A stretch of 50,024 nucleotides of DNA from Vampirovibrio sp. (lineage in GTDB: Bacteria; Cyanobacteriota; Vampirovibrionia; Vampirovibrionales; Vampirovibrionaceae). The stretch is from positions 1 to 50,024 of the forward strand of contig JAHQWC010000055.1 of the NCBI GenBank assembly GCA_019634025.1. Reading direction: 5' to 3'. A model generated the notes under the pieces. That model was not told where the DNA came from. It was given only the letters and a program-made list of their open reading frames with translations, and did not search any database. This document shows, piece after piece, positions 1-9,839 of this stretch. Every line of letters starts with the position of its first letter. Position 1 is the first letter of the stretch. The position numbers and the translations under genes were made by a program.

Positions 1-19
1 ATAAGGATTTCATCCAAAT

Positions 20-892
20 ATGAATGATCAACAACAAAACAACAATAATACCGGGCTTGTTCTTGAAGCATGGAAACAAACCATTTCTGTGCAAATGCAT
101 TTTAACGACGTTGAAATGAAAATTCGAGGTGGGGCTATAACACTAACTGTTGCATTACTAAGTGTTGCTGGTGTGATCGCCAAATTGAATGCTACAGCAA
201 AAATTGAGATTTTCGGAATTGAAACACCATTAACACATCTTCTTCTTTATTTCGCTTTTTCTGGCTGGCTTTTATTCTATTTTATGGAGCGCTTTTGGTA
301 TCACAAACTTTTATATGGCGCTGTCAGGCATGGAAAAATACTAGAAAATTCTTTACAACAAGCCATACCCAATATTAGCTTGACTAAGTTAATAGGCGAT
401 GAAAGCCCGATACGAATAAGAATACCTTTTATACACTGCGATATACACTCAAAACAAAAAATTGATCTCTATTACTGGGGCATACCTTCTTATCTACTTG
501 TGATACTAAAAATTGTTTTGAGTTACGGCTTAATAGAGAGTCTTATAGCAATTTTTCTACTGGGAATAATTTGGCTCCTGCCATTCTGCTGGATGGCTCA
601 ATGGGAAAATTCCAAAAAAGACACTGTTAAAGCCAAAGTAGGTACGATTAAAAAGTTTATAACCGTTTTTTATCTTATCGCACTGGCAGTCTCTACATTT
701 GCATTTCTCAACAACCCGTTAAAACAACACGATATGGGCGTGTCAGAGAATAGTTCTAAAGAGAATTTCCATGAAAATATCTCGGGAGAACCCACACAAA
801 ATTGTAATCCGACTTTTATTTATAACGGAACTCCTAACAACCAAAATGCCAAGAAGAAGATATCTGATACCGCTCCAGATTCGAACTGGTGA
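20..892 (+). CDS. Hypothetical multi-pass membrane protein, AT-rich, probably horizontally acquired
   Basis: 290-aa ORF with about 5 hydrophobic segments; AAGGA RBS-like sequence upstream; visibly more AT-rich than the rest of the window. Confidence 0.75.
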   Translation: MNDQQQNNNNTGLVLEAWKQTISVQMHFNDVEMKIRGGAITLTVALLSVAGVIAKLNATAKIEIFGIETPLTHLLLYFAFSGWLLFYFMERFWYHKLLYGAVRHGKILENSLQQAIPNISLTKLIGDESPIRIRIPFIHCDIHSKQKIDLYYWGIPSYLLVILKIVLSYGLIESLIAIFLLGIIWLLPFCWMAQWENSKKDTVKAKVGTIKKFITVFYLIALAVSTFAFLNNPLKQHDMGVSENSSKENFHENISGEPTQNCNPTFIYNGTPNNQNAKKKISDTAPDSNW

Positions 893-907
893 CCTACGGT
901 TTACAAA
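875..907 (-). repeat. tRNA-Thr 3'-half remnant (anticodon loop to T-arm), att-site-like
   Basis: 27/33 identity to tRNA positions 1309-1341, same orientation; minus strand reads TTTGTAAACCGTAGGTCACCAGTTCGAATCTGG. Confidence 0.7.
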
Positions 908-1296
908 TTCTTACCCGGTTAATTATTTTATCGCTCAGCGTTGCATTCCCATCCAACCCAATTACAGTCCCCATTAGAACCGGAAGAGTTAAATTCCGTG
1001 CATTGGGTACTTTGAAAATTAAATAAACCTCTTGTCTAAAACCGCATCACCCGGCTCATCGGCAAAAGTGAAACCAATACCAATCCTGGATTCTAGACCA
1101 TGTCCCAAACATAGGGCATGCCAAGACCCAGTCAGGATAAGCAAAACCGCGCCTTCATGTCCCATGCCCCAAAAATGGGCGCAAACCGACAAAGCGAAAA
1201 GCCAATCCTAGCATACGTTTCACCTCACCATGCCCCAAAAACAACGTTTTTTAAACGGGACATTTTGGGCGCTCCCACAACGCTCTATATAAAAAT

Positions 1297-1372
<76 letters not shown>

Positions 1373-1796
1373 GTATGCCATGGCGAGTCATCAGGAGACA
1401 CCGAAAAAATTATACCTAAAAGAACACGCCACGGCACACCCACCTACAGGCAGACCGGCCTATAATTCACAGACCGGTCTGTCGTGTCCTCTCCCCAACC
1501 TCGAGTGGTTGCCCAAGGGATTGTTGATGTGTCGTTTCTTCAGGATCGAGAGAGGGTCGCCTTTTTCCAGGTAAAGCACAAAATAAAACGCAAACCTCAG
1601 GGGTTGATATTCTCGTGACCAATTCCTGCACGGCAAACCGAATAAAGCCCGGCATTCTTCAGGCACAACAAATCTATGGCGATGTAATCCTCGTCAGCAC
1701 TTAAAAACGGTAACACTCACAGCACTATTAGTCGTACAGAAGTACATCTCACTCATTCCCACATCCCCCAATTTTCAAACACCCTAAAACAACTTA

Positions 1797-1943
1797 GCAG
1801 AACTCACGCAGAATGTGCTCTGACGACTCAGATACGAGGAACGAGCAGCGTAAAGCAAGGAGCGTACCAGCAGTACGTGACGCTGCTGCGCAGCACAGTA
1901 ACGAAGTAGATGCGAGTCAGAGTGCATTCTGCGTAAGTTCTGC
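1797..1943. repeat. 147-bp palindromic element (MITE/RPE-like)
   Basis: 28-bp terminal inverted repeats (1797-1824 vs 1916-1943, 3 mismatches); internal GCGTAC...GTACGT hairpin; related copy at 35424-35513. Confidence 0.75.
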
Positions 1944-2252
1944 AAAAAAAAGACCTCTTTATAAATAAAGAGGCCGATCCAATTCTCAGGTTGGGTGTGA
2001 GGGGAAAACTTGTTATTTGAGGGCGGTTAGCTGTATTACTAACCGTGGTTAGTATGATACTCGACTCAGAAAATGGTGCAAGTACCTGTGTCCAAAACAC
2101 ACTAACTATTTTACAAAACTTAACTAAATGAGGCAACTCCCACAAATGTAGCGCCATTCTAGGTATTTCGGATCCCTGACCCGGTGCCGGTTTTGGGAAT
2201 ATCATTTTTGTAGTAATTTTACCCACATACCAAACAATTCAGGGGCACAATC

Positions 2253-3518
2253 ATGCGGTTTGATAACAAAACCATTGTGATCGGCATTTGCGGAGGCATC
2301 GCTGCTTATAAGGTGTGCGATCTCATTCGCGAGCTCTACCGTAAAGGAGCAGAGCGGGTCATTCCCATCTTGACCCCCAACGCCACGCAGTTTGTCACAC
2401 CCTTAACCCTGCAATCGCTGAGCCGACAAGCGGTATACACCGATGGCCTGGCTGTCACCGAAGACGGCACCCCGGTCCACATCGCCATGGCCCAGCAGGC
2501 AGACGCATTATTGATTTTACCCGCCACCGCCAACACCCTGGCCAAACTGGCCGGCGGGCTCGCCGATGAACTGGTGACCACCACGTTTATGACCTTTACC
2601 GGCAAACCCGTGGTCATTGCCCCGGCCATGAACACCCGGATGTGGGATCACCCGTTAACTCAACAACACTGCCGGACCTTAAAAAGCCTGGAAAACGTCT
2701 CTTTTGTAGACCCTACCGCCGGAGACCTGGCCTGTGGCGAAACCGGCGCGGGCCACCTGGCAGACATGGACAGTATTTTAATAGGCCTTTACCAACAACT
2801 ACACCCCCAAAAAGGCTTACTCCAAGGCATAAAAGCCACCATCACCGCCGGCGGCACCAAAGAACCCCTGGACCCCGTCCGGCTCCTCACCAATCAAAGC
2901 TCCGGCAAAATGGGCATCGCCCTGGCCGATGAGCTCTATGCCATGGGCGCCCAGGTAAACCTCGTCACCACTGTCACTAATTATCAGGATAAGCCCCTAA
3001 GCCGACCCTATACGGTACACCCCGTCAGCCGGGTCCGAGAGATGGCGGATTGCCTGGATACCCTATTTGAAGAGACCGACCTCCTGATTATGGCCGCCGC
3101 CGTCTCAGACTTTCAGCCGGAAGCCATCGCCACTGAAAAGATCAAAAAGGTACCCGGCCAACCCCTACACCTAACCTTAACCCCCACTCAAGACATCTTG
3201 GCAGGGTTAGGCCAGCGCAAGCAACCCCACCAAACCATCATCGGTTTTGCCGCAGAAACCCAGGATCTCTTAAACAACGCCGAGGCCAAACTCAAAGAAA
3301 AACACGCCGACGCCATCGTCGCCAACGACATCAGCCAACCCGACATCGGCATGAACGCCCCAGACAATGAAGTCACCATCCTCTTTGCCAATGAGCCACC
3401 CGTAAGGCTGGGAAAAGCGCCCAAAGAGATGATTGCACGTCAAATTTTGATTACCTTGGCAGAAAAGCTGGACGGACTAAATGCAAAGCGCAGCAAAGCA
3501 ACGCTATCTGTAGGATAA
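2253..3518 (+). CDS. coaBC: Bifunctional phosphopantothenoylcysteine decarboxylase/synthetase
   Basis: GGIAAYK, PATAN, PAMNTRMW, GDLACGETGAG, TAGGTKEPLDPVR, SSGKMG, GFAAET motifs. Confidence 0.97.
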   Translation: MRFDNKTIVIGICGGIAAYKVCDLIRELYRKGAERVIPILTPNATQFVTPLTLQSLSRQAVYTDGLAVTEDGTPVHIAMAQQADALLILPATANTLAKLAGGLADELVTTTFMTFTGKPVVIAPAMNTRMWDHPLTQQHCRTLKSLENVSFVDPTAGDLACGETGAGHLADMDSILIGLYQQLHPQKGLLQGIKATITAGGTKEPLDPVRLLTNQSSGKMGIALADELYAMGAQVNLVTTVTNYQDKPLSRPYTVHPVSRVREMADCLDTLFEETDLLIMAAAVSDFQPEAIATEKIKKVPGQPLHLTLTPTQDILAGLGQRKQPHQTIIGFAAETQDLLNNAEAKLKEKHADAIVANDISQPDIGMNAPDNEVTILFANEPPVRLGKAPKEMIARQILITLAEKLDGLNAKRSKATLSVG

Positions 3519-3562
3519 AACTTCTTGTGAAGTCCAGTTGGTAACCTCACCATTCACTGATA

Positions 3563-3611
3563 GTGTGTCATTCCCGCGAAGGCGGGAATCCATTGCCAGT
3601 ACTTGAGAATA
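3563..3611. repeat. REP/dRS3-like short palindromic repeat, copy 1
   Basis: GTCATTCCCGCGAAGGCGGGAATCC hairpin; 46/49 identical to 18472-18520. Confidence 0.8.
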
Positions 3612-3726
3612 AGTGTTGTCACCGGTTTTTAGGCTAAGGCAAAAAGTTCATTGTCAATTGGCCCTAGCCATTCAAGTTTATCAGCAGCAAACAGATGCCC
3701 GTCAGATGCATTTCCCAAGCAGCTTT

Positions 3727-4590
3727 TTAGGCCGTAGCACCTGCTGGCGTCTCTACCCGAATAAACTCGGGAATAATTTTTTCTTTCAAAACACCGGCGC
3801 CTTGGCCCATCCACAGCATCAGCTTGATGGCCTTTTTAATCTCATCATCCATGTTCAAGGTCATGTCATTCACATACATACCCACAAACTTATCGGCTTT
3901 TTTCCGGTCCAGATCCCGGGCAAACTGCATGGCGTAATCTAAGGCTTCTTCGCGGTGGGCTAAGCCGTATTCAACACTCCGTTTCAGGACACGGCCAATT
4001 TTCTGAATCATCTCCGGCCCCAAATCCTTGCGGATGGCGTTCCCACCCAGGGGCAGGGTCAAATTAGTGGTCTCAAACCACCATTCACCTAGGTCTACCA
4101 CTTTAAACAGATTCTCTTCAGCGTAGGTGAGCTGGCCTTCGTGGATAATCAAACCGGCTTCATATTCGCCAGCATGGACCTTTTCCATAATCTCATCAAA
4201 AGGCACCACTTCGGTTTTGACGTTAGGCTCCCAAATTTTCAGGGCCAGATAGGCAGAGGTCATCTCACCCGGCACCGCCACGGTTACCTCAGCTATATCG
4301 TCTTTGGTCATGGGTTTTTTGGAAATCAGCACCGGGCCATATTTATCGCCAATACTAGAGCCGCAGGTCAAAATGGCGTATTTGTCTTTCAGGTGCGCAT
4401 AGGCGTGAAAGGAGATGGCCGTCAGTTCATAGGTACCTTTCAACGCCTCCTGGTTCAGGGTTTCAATATCAGTGAGGTGATGACTAAACGTCAGACCCTC
4501 GGTATCCACCTTGTCGTTGGCCAAGGCATAAAACATAAAAGCATCATCAGAATCCGGGCTGTGCGCCACACGAATAACAGGGGTCGTCAT
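3727..4590 (-). CDS. mqnD: 1,4-dihydroxy-6-naphthoate synthase (MqnA/MqnD family), futalosine pathway
   Basis: HSPDSDDAFMFYAL, DIETLN, GLIIHEGQLTY, DLGEWW, LPLGGN, MYVN motifs. Confidence 0.9.
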   Translation of the reverse strand: MTTPVIRVAHSPDSDDAFMFYALANDKVDTEGLTFSHHLTDIETLNQEALKGTYELTAISFHAYAHLKDKYAILTCGSSIGDKYGPVLISKKPMTKDDIAEVTVAVPGEMTSAYLALKIWEPNVKTEVVPFDEIMEKVHAGEYEAGLIIHEGQLTYAEENLFKVVDLGEWWFETTNLTLPLGGNAIRKDLGPEMIQKIGRVLKRSVEYGLAHREEALDYAMQFARDLDRKKADKFVGMYVNDMTLNMDDEIKKAIKLMLWMGQGAGVLKEKIIPEFIRVETPAGATA

Positions 4591-4694
4591 AAAACCAATC
4601 TCCTCAATGACAGGGGCCGATATTTCTAGGATACTCCATCACCCCCGGCAACGAAAGCCAATGTGACAAGATTTTACCGGAATGGACGCAAACC

Positions 4695-5378
4695 TTAAGA
4701 ATTCGGCGGCAAATCGCCTACAGGATCAGACGGTACTTCAGGCGCGGTATCAGTCCCGTTGTAGCGGGTCATAGCCGTTTCCAAGTCGGTACTAACCAAC
4801 GCCTCAACGGCGCCCACTGCATTGTCCAGAGCCTTATCCAAAATAGGCTGCTCGTCTTTTGAAAATTTGGACAACACATGGCCCACCATGGCCCGACGAT
4901 CCCCGGGGTGACCAATGCCAATACGAAGCCGGGCAAATTCTTGATTACCTCGCAAATGCTGGATAATGGATTTCATCCCATTCTGCCCCCCGGCGCTCCC
5001 CTGCCCCCGTAATCGAAGCTTACCCAACGGCAAAGCGGCATCGTCATAGATGACCAAGAGACGCTCGGGAGAAACCTTATAAAAATGCATCAATTTCCCT
5101 ACGGCTTCACCAGAAAGGTTCATATAAGTCAGGGGCTGGGCCAAAATCACCGGTAATCGCCCCGCAGGATAAGTAGACGTATCCAAATACTGCCCTTTCC
5201 CCACCATGGCCTTAAATTTATTTTCCTGCTTCCCATCAATCTGCCAGCGCTCACTCAGGCGTTGAATCAGGTGAAATCCCACATTGTGACGGGTTTCTGC
5301 ATATTCTGACCCAGGATTCCCTAGCCCAACAATAAGCCAGGGCCCAGAAGCAGGTGAAATAGGGGAAGTTTGAGACAT
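4695..5378 (-). CDS. pth: Peptidyl-tRNA hydrolase
   Basis: LIVGLGNPG..Y..TRHNVGF, TYMNLSG, GSAGGQNG, RLRIGIG. Confidence 0.97.
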   Translation of the reverse strand: MSQTSPISPASGPWLIVGLGNPGSEYAETRHNVGFHLIQRLSERWQIDGKQENKFKAMVGKGQYLDTSTYPAGRLPVILAQPLTYMNLSGEAVGKLMHFYKVSPERLLVIYDDAALPLGKLRLRGQGSAGGQNGMKSIIQHLRGNQEFARLRIGIGHPGDRRAMVGHVLSKFSKDEQPILDKALDNAVGAVEALVSTDLETAMTRYNGTDTAPEVPSDPVGDLPPNS

Positions 5379-5441
5379 AAGTGAAAGAGAAGCCTTTTAT
5401 GCGTATGATTCATTATTGTACTCGTTTCAAGGACATAACCG

Positions 5442-6296
5442 GTGAGTAAGAAAGAACGGCTAGATCAAATCCTGGTGAGCCAAGGGCTATGTGACTCCAG
5501 AGCCAAAGCTCAGGGCTTAATTATGGGCGGCAAGGTAAAAATAGATGGCGTTCGAGTGGATAAACCCGGCGCCTCGGTTGATCTGGAAAAAGTCCTCTCT
5601 GGAAAACTGACCCTTGAAGTAGACAGTGGCCCAGCCTATGTAAGCCGGGGTGGTCTAAAACTGAAAAAGGCCCTGGAAACCTTTGACTTAACCGTTACAA
5701 ATCGAATCTGTATGGATGTTGGGGCTTCTACGGGTGGATTTACAGATTGTTTGCTTCAACACGGCGCTACCAGAGTCATTTCTGTTGATGTAGGACATGG
5801 ACAACTAGACTGGAAGCTCCGCCAAGACCAGCGCGTAAGGGTTCTGGAAAAAACCAACATCCGCCATTTAACCCCAGAAGACTTAAACCAACCGGATATT
5901 TCCCTAACGGTGATGGATGTGTCGTTTATCTCCCTGAAAAAAACCCTTCCCACAGCAGCCATGCTGATGAATCTGACAGATGAGACCCCCAGTACAGAGA
6001 TTATCGCGCTGATAAAACCTCAATTTGAGTACAAGGACTATATAAAGCCTGGAGGCGGGAAAAAATTTGATGGCGTGGTGAAAGACACCGAAGAACACCG
6101 GCAAATATTAACGGGGCTGTTAAATGATCTGACTGAGCTAATGCCGGGTTGGAATTGGCTGGGATTAGTGGATTCTGAGACACCAGGCCCCAAAGGCAAC
6201 CGAGAGTTCTTGTTATACGGAGTGTTTGGCGAAAAAAACCAAGATATTCCAACCATTGAAGACCTAATCCGCCAGGCACTCCCCAAAGCTCTTTAG
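5442..6296 (+). CDS. tlyA: TlyA family rRNA 2'-O-methyltransferase
   Basis: S4-like KERLD N-terminus, YVSRGGLKL, DVGASTGGFTDCLLQ, DVSFISL, LIKPQFE, GPKGNREF. Confidence 0.95.
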   Translation: MSKKERLDQILVSQGLCDSRAKAQGLIMGGKVKIDGVRVDKPGASVDLEKVLSGKLTLEVDSGPAYVSRGGLKLKKALETFDLTVTNRICMDVGASTGGFTDCLLQHGATRVISVDVGHGQLDWKLRQDQRVRVLEKTNIRHLTPEDLNQPDISLTVMDVSFISLKKTLPTAAMLMNLTDETPSTEIIALIKPQFEYKDYIKPGGGKKFDGVVKDTEEHRQILTGLLNDLTELMPGWNWLGLVDSETPGPKGNREFLLYGVFGEKNQDIPTIEDLIRQALPKAL

Positions 6297-6338
6297 CAGC
6301 ATAGGCTTTCAAATATAAAGATTTATGAATAAGCCACC

Positions 6339-6365
6339 TAAAGTTTCCTGTTGAGATGTCGATAT
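6339..6365 (+). promoter_or_regulatory. Putative sigma-28 (FliA/SigD) promoter
   Basis: TAAAGTTT-N11-GTCGATAT, i.e. TAAA-N15-GTCGATAT vs consensus TAAA-N15-GCCGATA(A/T). Confidence 0.65.
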
Positions 6366-6409
6366 TCTAATTATTGGTGAGATTACAAACGGAATTGGAA
6401 CATCGTCTT

Positions 6410-6547
6410 ATGCGACCAAACAGACAAACCCAACCAAAAGTCTTGGTAAAAGCAGCCGTCTTGAAAAAAGACGCCGCCCAAACAAAGTTTTTACTCGGCG
6501 CCGCCCTCACTCTTGGGCTCTACTACGCCGCTCTCCTAGTCATCTAG
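6410..6547 (+). CDS. Small 45-aa protein with C-terminal transmembrane helix (not in ORF track)
   Basis: Manual translation MRPNRQTQPKVLVKAAVLKKDAAQTKFLLGAALTLGLYYAALLVI*; lies between a sigma-28-like promoter and a terminator. Confidence 0.55.
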   Translation: MRPNRQTQPKVLVKAAVLKKDAAQTKFLLGAALTLGLYYAALLVI

Positions 6548-6593
6548 GAACTTAAGTTTCTCTCATCTTCTCTTATTTCTCTACTTCAAACAC

Positions 6594-6618
6594 ATCGGCA
6601 ACTTGTTTGCCGATTTTT
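6594..6618 (+). terminator. Intrinsic terminator
   Basis: ATCGGCAA-CTTGT-TTGCCGAT hairpin followed by T tract. Confidence 0.7.
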
Positions 6619-6733
6619 CATTTGGAAAATACTGGGGAATTAAAGGACGGTTTGTTCCAACAAGAGCTTCTAATGGATAGGTATTGATAAAGTACATTGA
6701 CATTAACTTCCCGGTGAGAAACAATCGGTGATT

Positions 6734-7888
6734 ATGTCATCCGTTCTTGCACAAAAACAGACGCCGCTTCACGGCAACCACGTGAACCGCCAAGCCAAAA
6801 TGGTGGATTTTTCCGGGTGGGATATGCCGCTGCAATTCGGCAAAGTCATTGAAGAGCACCATGCCGTACGAAATGCTGCCGGGCTGTTCGATATTTCCCA
6901 TATGGGGCTGGTCACCGTAACCGGACCTGACCGAGACACAGTCCGTCAGTTCTTGGACACCCTGGTGCCACAAAATTTGCAAAAGCTGGTGCCGGGCAAA
7001 GCCATTTACACCCAGTTTTTAAATGAAGCCGGCGGCATTATTGATGACTTGATTGTGTACGAACTCCCAGAACAAAGCCCGTTTGACGAATTTGAGCAGT
7101 TTATGGTGATCTGCAATGCCGGAAATACCGACACAGACATTGCTTGGATGAAGCGCCATGCACCCGATAATGTTTCAGTTCATTTTGTCTCGAATAGATA
7201 CTCCCTGGTGGCCCTTCAAGGACCAAAGTTTCAACAGGTCCTGGCAGAGTGCGGCCTGAATGCTGAACAATTACCGAAGCGATTTTGGATCAACGCTGCA
7301 GAGCTTGCCTTACCTGGTTCAAATACTCCTGAATCAGTGTTACTCGCCCGAACCGGGTATACCGGAGAAGACGGGGTGGAGATCATTGTAAAATCCCAGG
7401 CAGTAAACCACCTTTGGGACGGACTTTTAAACGCCGGACAAGCATTGGGGATTTACCCTGTAGGCTTAGCCGCACGAGATACCTTACGTTTAGAAGCAGC
7501 CTTACCCCTTCACGGACACGACATTTCAGAAAACGACTCTCCATTAGAAGCAGACCTCGCCTGGTCGGTCAAAATGGAAAAGCCCACACCCTTTATCGGC
7601 CAAGAGGCGTTGAGAACTCAATTAGACAAAGGGTTGGCCAAAAAACTAGTGTGCTTCCAGTTGGTCAAAAAAACCATCCCGCGCCAACACGACACCATCT
7701 TATTGAACGGCGAACCCGTGGGAGAAGTGACCAGCGGGTCTATTTCACCCATTTTAAATTTACCCATTGGTATGGGGTACATCAACGCCTCAGTATCAGC
7801 CAAGCCCGGTGATATAATACAAATCGACATCCGCAATAAACCGGTAGATGCGGAGATAGTAGAGAAGCCTTTTTACAAAAAAGCGTGA
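6734..7888 (+). CDS. gcvT: Glycine cleavage system aminomethyltransferase T
   Basis: FSGWDMP, EHHAVR..AGLFDISHMG, RTGYTGEDG, GLAARDTLRLEA; ATG 6734 chosen over GTG 6728. Confidence 0.97.
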   Translation: MSSVLAQKQTPLHGNHVNRQAKMVDFSGWDMPLQFGKVIEEHHAVRNAAGLFDISHMGLVTVTGPDRDTVRQFLDTLVPQNLQKLVPGKAIYTQFLNEAGGIIDDLIVYELPEQSPFDEFEQFMVICNAGNTDTDIAWMKRHAPDNVSVHFVSNRYSLVALQGPKFQQVLAECGLNAEQLPKRFWINAAELALPGSNTPESVLLARTGYTGEDGVEIIVKSQAVNHLWDGLLNAGQALGIYPVGLAARDTLRLEAALPLHGHDISENDSPLEADLAWSVKMEKPTPFIGQEALRTQLDKGLAKKLVCFQLVKKTIPRQHDTILLNGEPVGEVTSGSISPILNLPIGMGYINASVSAKPGDIIQIDIRNKPVDAEIVEKPFYKKA

Positions 7889-7909
7889 GGAATAGAGGAA
7901 GCAGCAGCC

Positions 7910-8317
7910 ATGGCCACGGTGGACACAGCAGTCATCCCATCAGACGTAAAACTGATTGAAACCCACGAATACATTTTGCCCGACGAAGACCGAGCCCGCA
8001 TTGGCATTAGCCATTTTGCAGCCGAACAGCTCGGCGACATTGTCTATGTAGACTTGCCTGAACTGGGACAAGAGCTGGACAAAGGGGAAACCTTCGGCTC
8101 CATTGAATCTGTGAAGGCAGCCTCTGATTTATATTTACCCGTAGGCGGCAAAATTATGGCCGTAAACACCCGACTAGAAGATGAACCTGATTTGGTGAAT
8201 GACGACCCTTATGGGGACGGGTGGATCATTGAAATTTCTGTGGCCAAGCCGGAGGAAATGCAAACCTTGATGGCGCCTGCAGATTACACCAAGTTTGTCG
8301 AAGAATCTGATTCCTAA
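7910..8317 (+). CDS. gcvH: Glycine cleavage system H protein
   Basis: LGDIVYVDLP, lipoyl-Lys motif IESVKAASD, VNDDPYGDGW. Confidence 0.97.
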   Translation: MATVDTAVIPSDVKLIETHEYILPDEDRARIGISHFAAEQLGDIVYVDLPELGQELDKGETFGSIESVKAASDLYLPVGGKIMAVNTRLEDEPDLVNDDPYGDGWIIEISVAKPEEMQTLMAPADYTKFVEESDS

Positions 8318-8432
8318 ATACTGCTAGTCGCGCTGGCCTGTTTAGGCCATAATATTGCCTGCCTGCAACAGATTGCTGTTATCAAGGTTGTGGGTGATGC
8401 TGTACTACAGAGAAGAATGAGACGACACACCC

Positions 8433-9839
8433 ATGAGTCAGCCATCCCATCATAACTTTTTACCCCACACCGCCGAAGACCGGCTTGAAATGCTAAAAGC
8501 CATTGGTGTCAAAACCACCGCTGAACTATTTAATGATATTCCAGAAAGCTTACGGCAACCTAAAACCTACACTGCGCTGCCTGCCCAAGGGCAAAGTGAG
8601 CTGGAACTTCAGCAAACCATGCAAACGTATGCTGAAGGCAATACCGGCCACCAAATGGCCAGCTTTTTAGGCGGCGGGGCCTATCATCGTTTCATTCCCT
8701 CTGCAGTAAACACCATTGCAAGCCGCTCTGAGTTTTACACTGCTTATACCCCGTACCAACCGGAAGTTAGCCAGGGAACCCTACAAACCATTTATGAATT
8801 TCAGACCATGATTGCTGAACTGGCCGGGCTGGATGTTGCCAATGCCTCTGTGTATGACGGCGGCAACGCCGTAGCCGAAGCCGCCTTTATGGCAGTGCGC
8901 ATCACCAAACGCAAACAAATCTGGATTACCCACAGCGTAAACCCAGAGTACGGACAAATCTTAAACACATACGCCAAAGGCTTAGGTGAGGTGACTGTTA
9001 AGGATGTATGGGCAGACAAGCTGCCTACGGATGGCACCGACGACCTGGCCTGTGTCATTGTCCAATACCCCAATTACTTTGGGAATATTTTGGATCTTCA
9101 AGCCCTGTCGGCTTTTTGCCAACAACACGGCGCGCTCTTAATCGTCTCCGCAGATCCAGTAAGTTTGGGATTACTGGAAGCCCCCGGCAACCTGGGCGCC
9201 GATATTGTGGTGGGAGACATTCAACCTCTGGGAAACAACCTCTCATTTGGAGGCCCCTACGGAGGCTATATGGCCACCCGACAAAAATACACCCGCCAGC
9301 TCCCCGGCAGAGTCGTGGGCCGGGCCAAGGATAAATCGGGCAAAACCTGCTATACCTTAACCCTGCAAACCCGCGAGCAACATATTCGCCGGGAAAAAGC
9401 CACCAGCAACATTTGCACCAATCAGGCGTTAAATGTCCTGAAGTCAACAGTTTACCTCACGTTAATGGGCCCAGGCGGGCTCAAACAAGTAGCCAACATC
9501 TCGTTACAACGCGCCCATGCCTTAGCCAAAGGCTTAACCGATATTGAAGGGGTGTCTTTCACCTTCCCTGAGCAACCTTTTTGTTCTGAATTTGCCGTAA
9601 CCCTGCCCGTACCGGCGCACGAAGTGTTGGTTCACTTGGAAACCCAAGGCATTCTTGGTGGCATTCCGTTGGGTGTGGCGTATCCAGAATTACAAAACAG
9701 CCTGCTGATTTCTGTCACCGAAATGAATTCACCCGAAGAAATTCAACGTTATATGGAGGCCGTAGACCGTTTTTTGTCCTTTCGGATGCAACCTGCAGTA
9801 AAAAAGATGGAAGCTGAGTTGGAGGTATGTGAACGATGA
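8433..9839 (+). CDS. gcvPA: Glycine dehydrogenase subunit 1
   Basis: SFLGGGAY, EFYTAYTPYQPEVSQG, LQTREQHIRREKATSNICTNQAL. Confidence 0.97.
   Translation: MSQPSHHNFLPHTAEDRLEMLKAIGVKTTAELFNDIPESLRQPKTYTALPAQGQSELELQQTMQTYAEGNTGHQMASFLGGGAYHRFIPSAVNTIASRSEFYTAYTPYQPEVSQGTLQTIYEFQTMIAELAGLDVANASVYDGGNAVAEAAFMAVRITKRKQIWITHSVNPEYGQILNTYAKGLGEVTVKDVWADKLPTDGTDDLACVIVQYPNYFGNILDLQALSAFCQQHGALLIVSADPVSLGLLEAPGNLGADIVVGDIQPLGNNLSFGGPYGGYMATRQKYTRQLPGRVVGRAKDKSGKTCYTLTLQTREQHIRREKATSNICTNQALNVLKSTVYLTLMGPGGLKQVANISLQRAHALAKGLTDIEGVSFTFPEQPFCSEFAVTLPVPAHEVLVHLETQGILGGIPLGVAYPELQNSLLISVTEMNSPEEIQRYMEAVDRFLSFRMQPAVKKMEAELEVCER

Noticed and set aside
1628-1660. GGCAAACC resembling a c-di-GMP-I riboswitch
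   Set aside because: The following GAAA tetraloop and GACGCAAAGC elements are absent.
2037-2054. Palindrome TACTAACC-GT-GGTTAGTA upstream of coaBC
   Set aside because: Could be an operator, but there is no second copy or recognisable regulator to support a call.
6297-6733. Glycine riboswitch upstream of gcvT
   Set aside because: No recognisable glycine aptamer motifs; the region is better explained by a promoter, small ORF and terminator.
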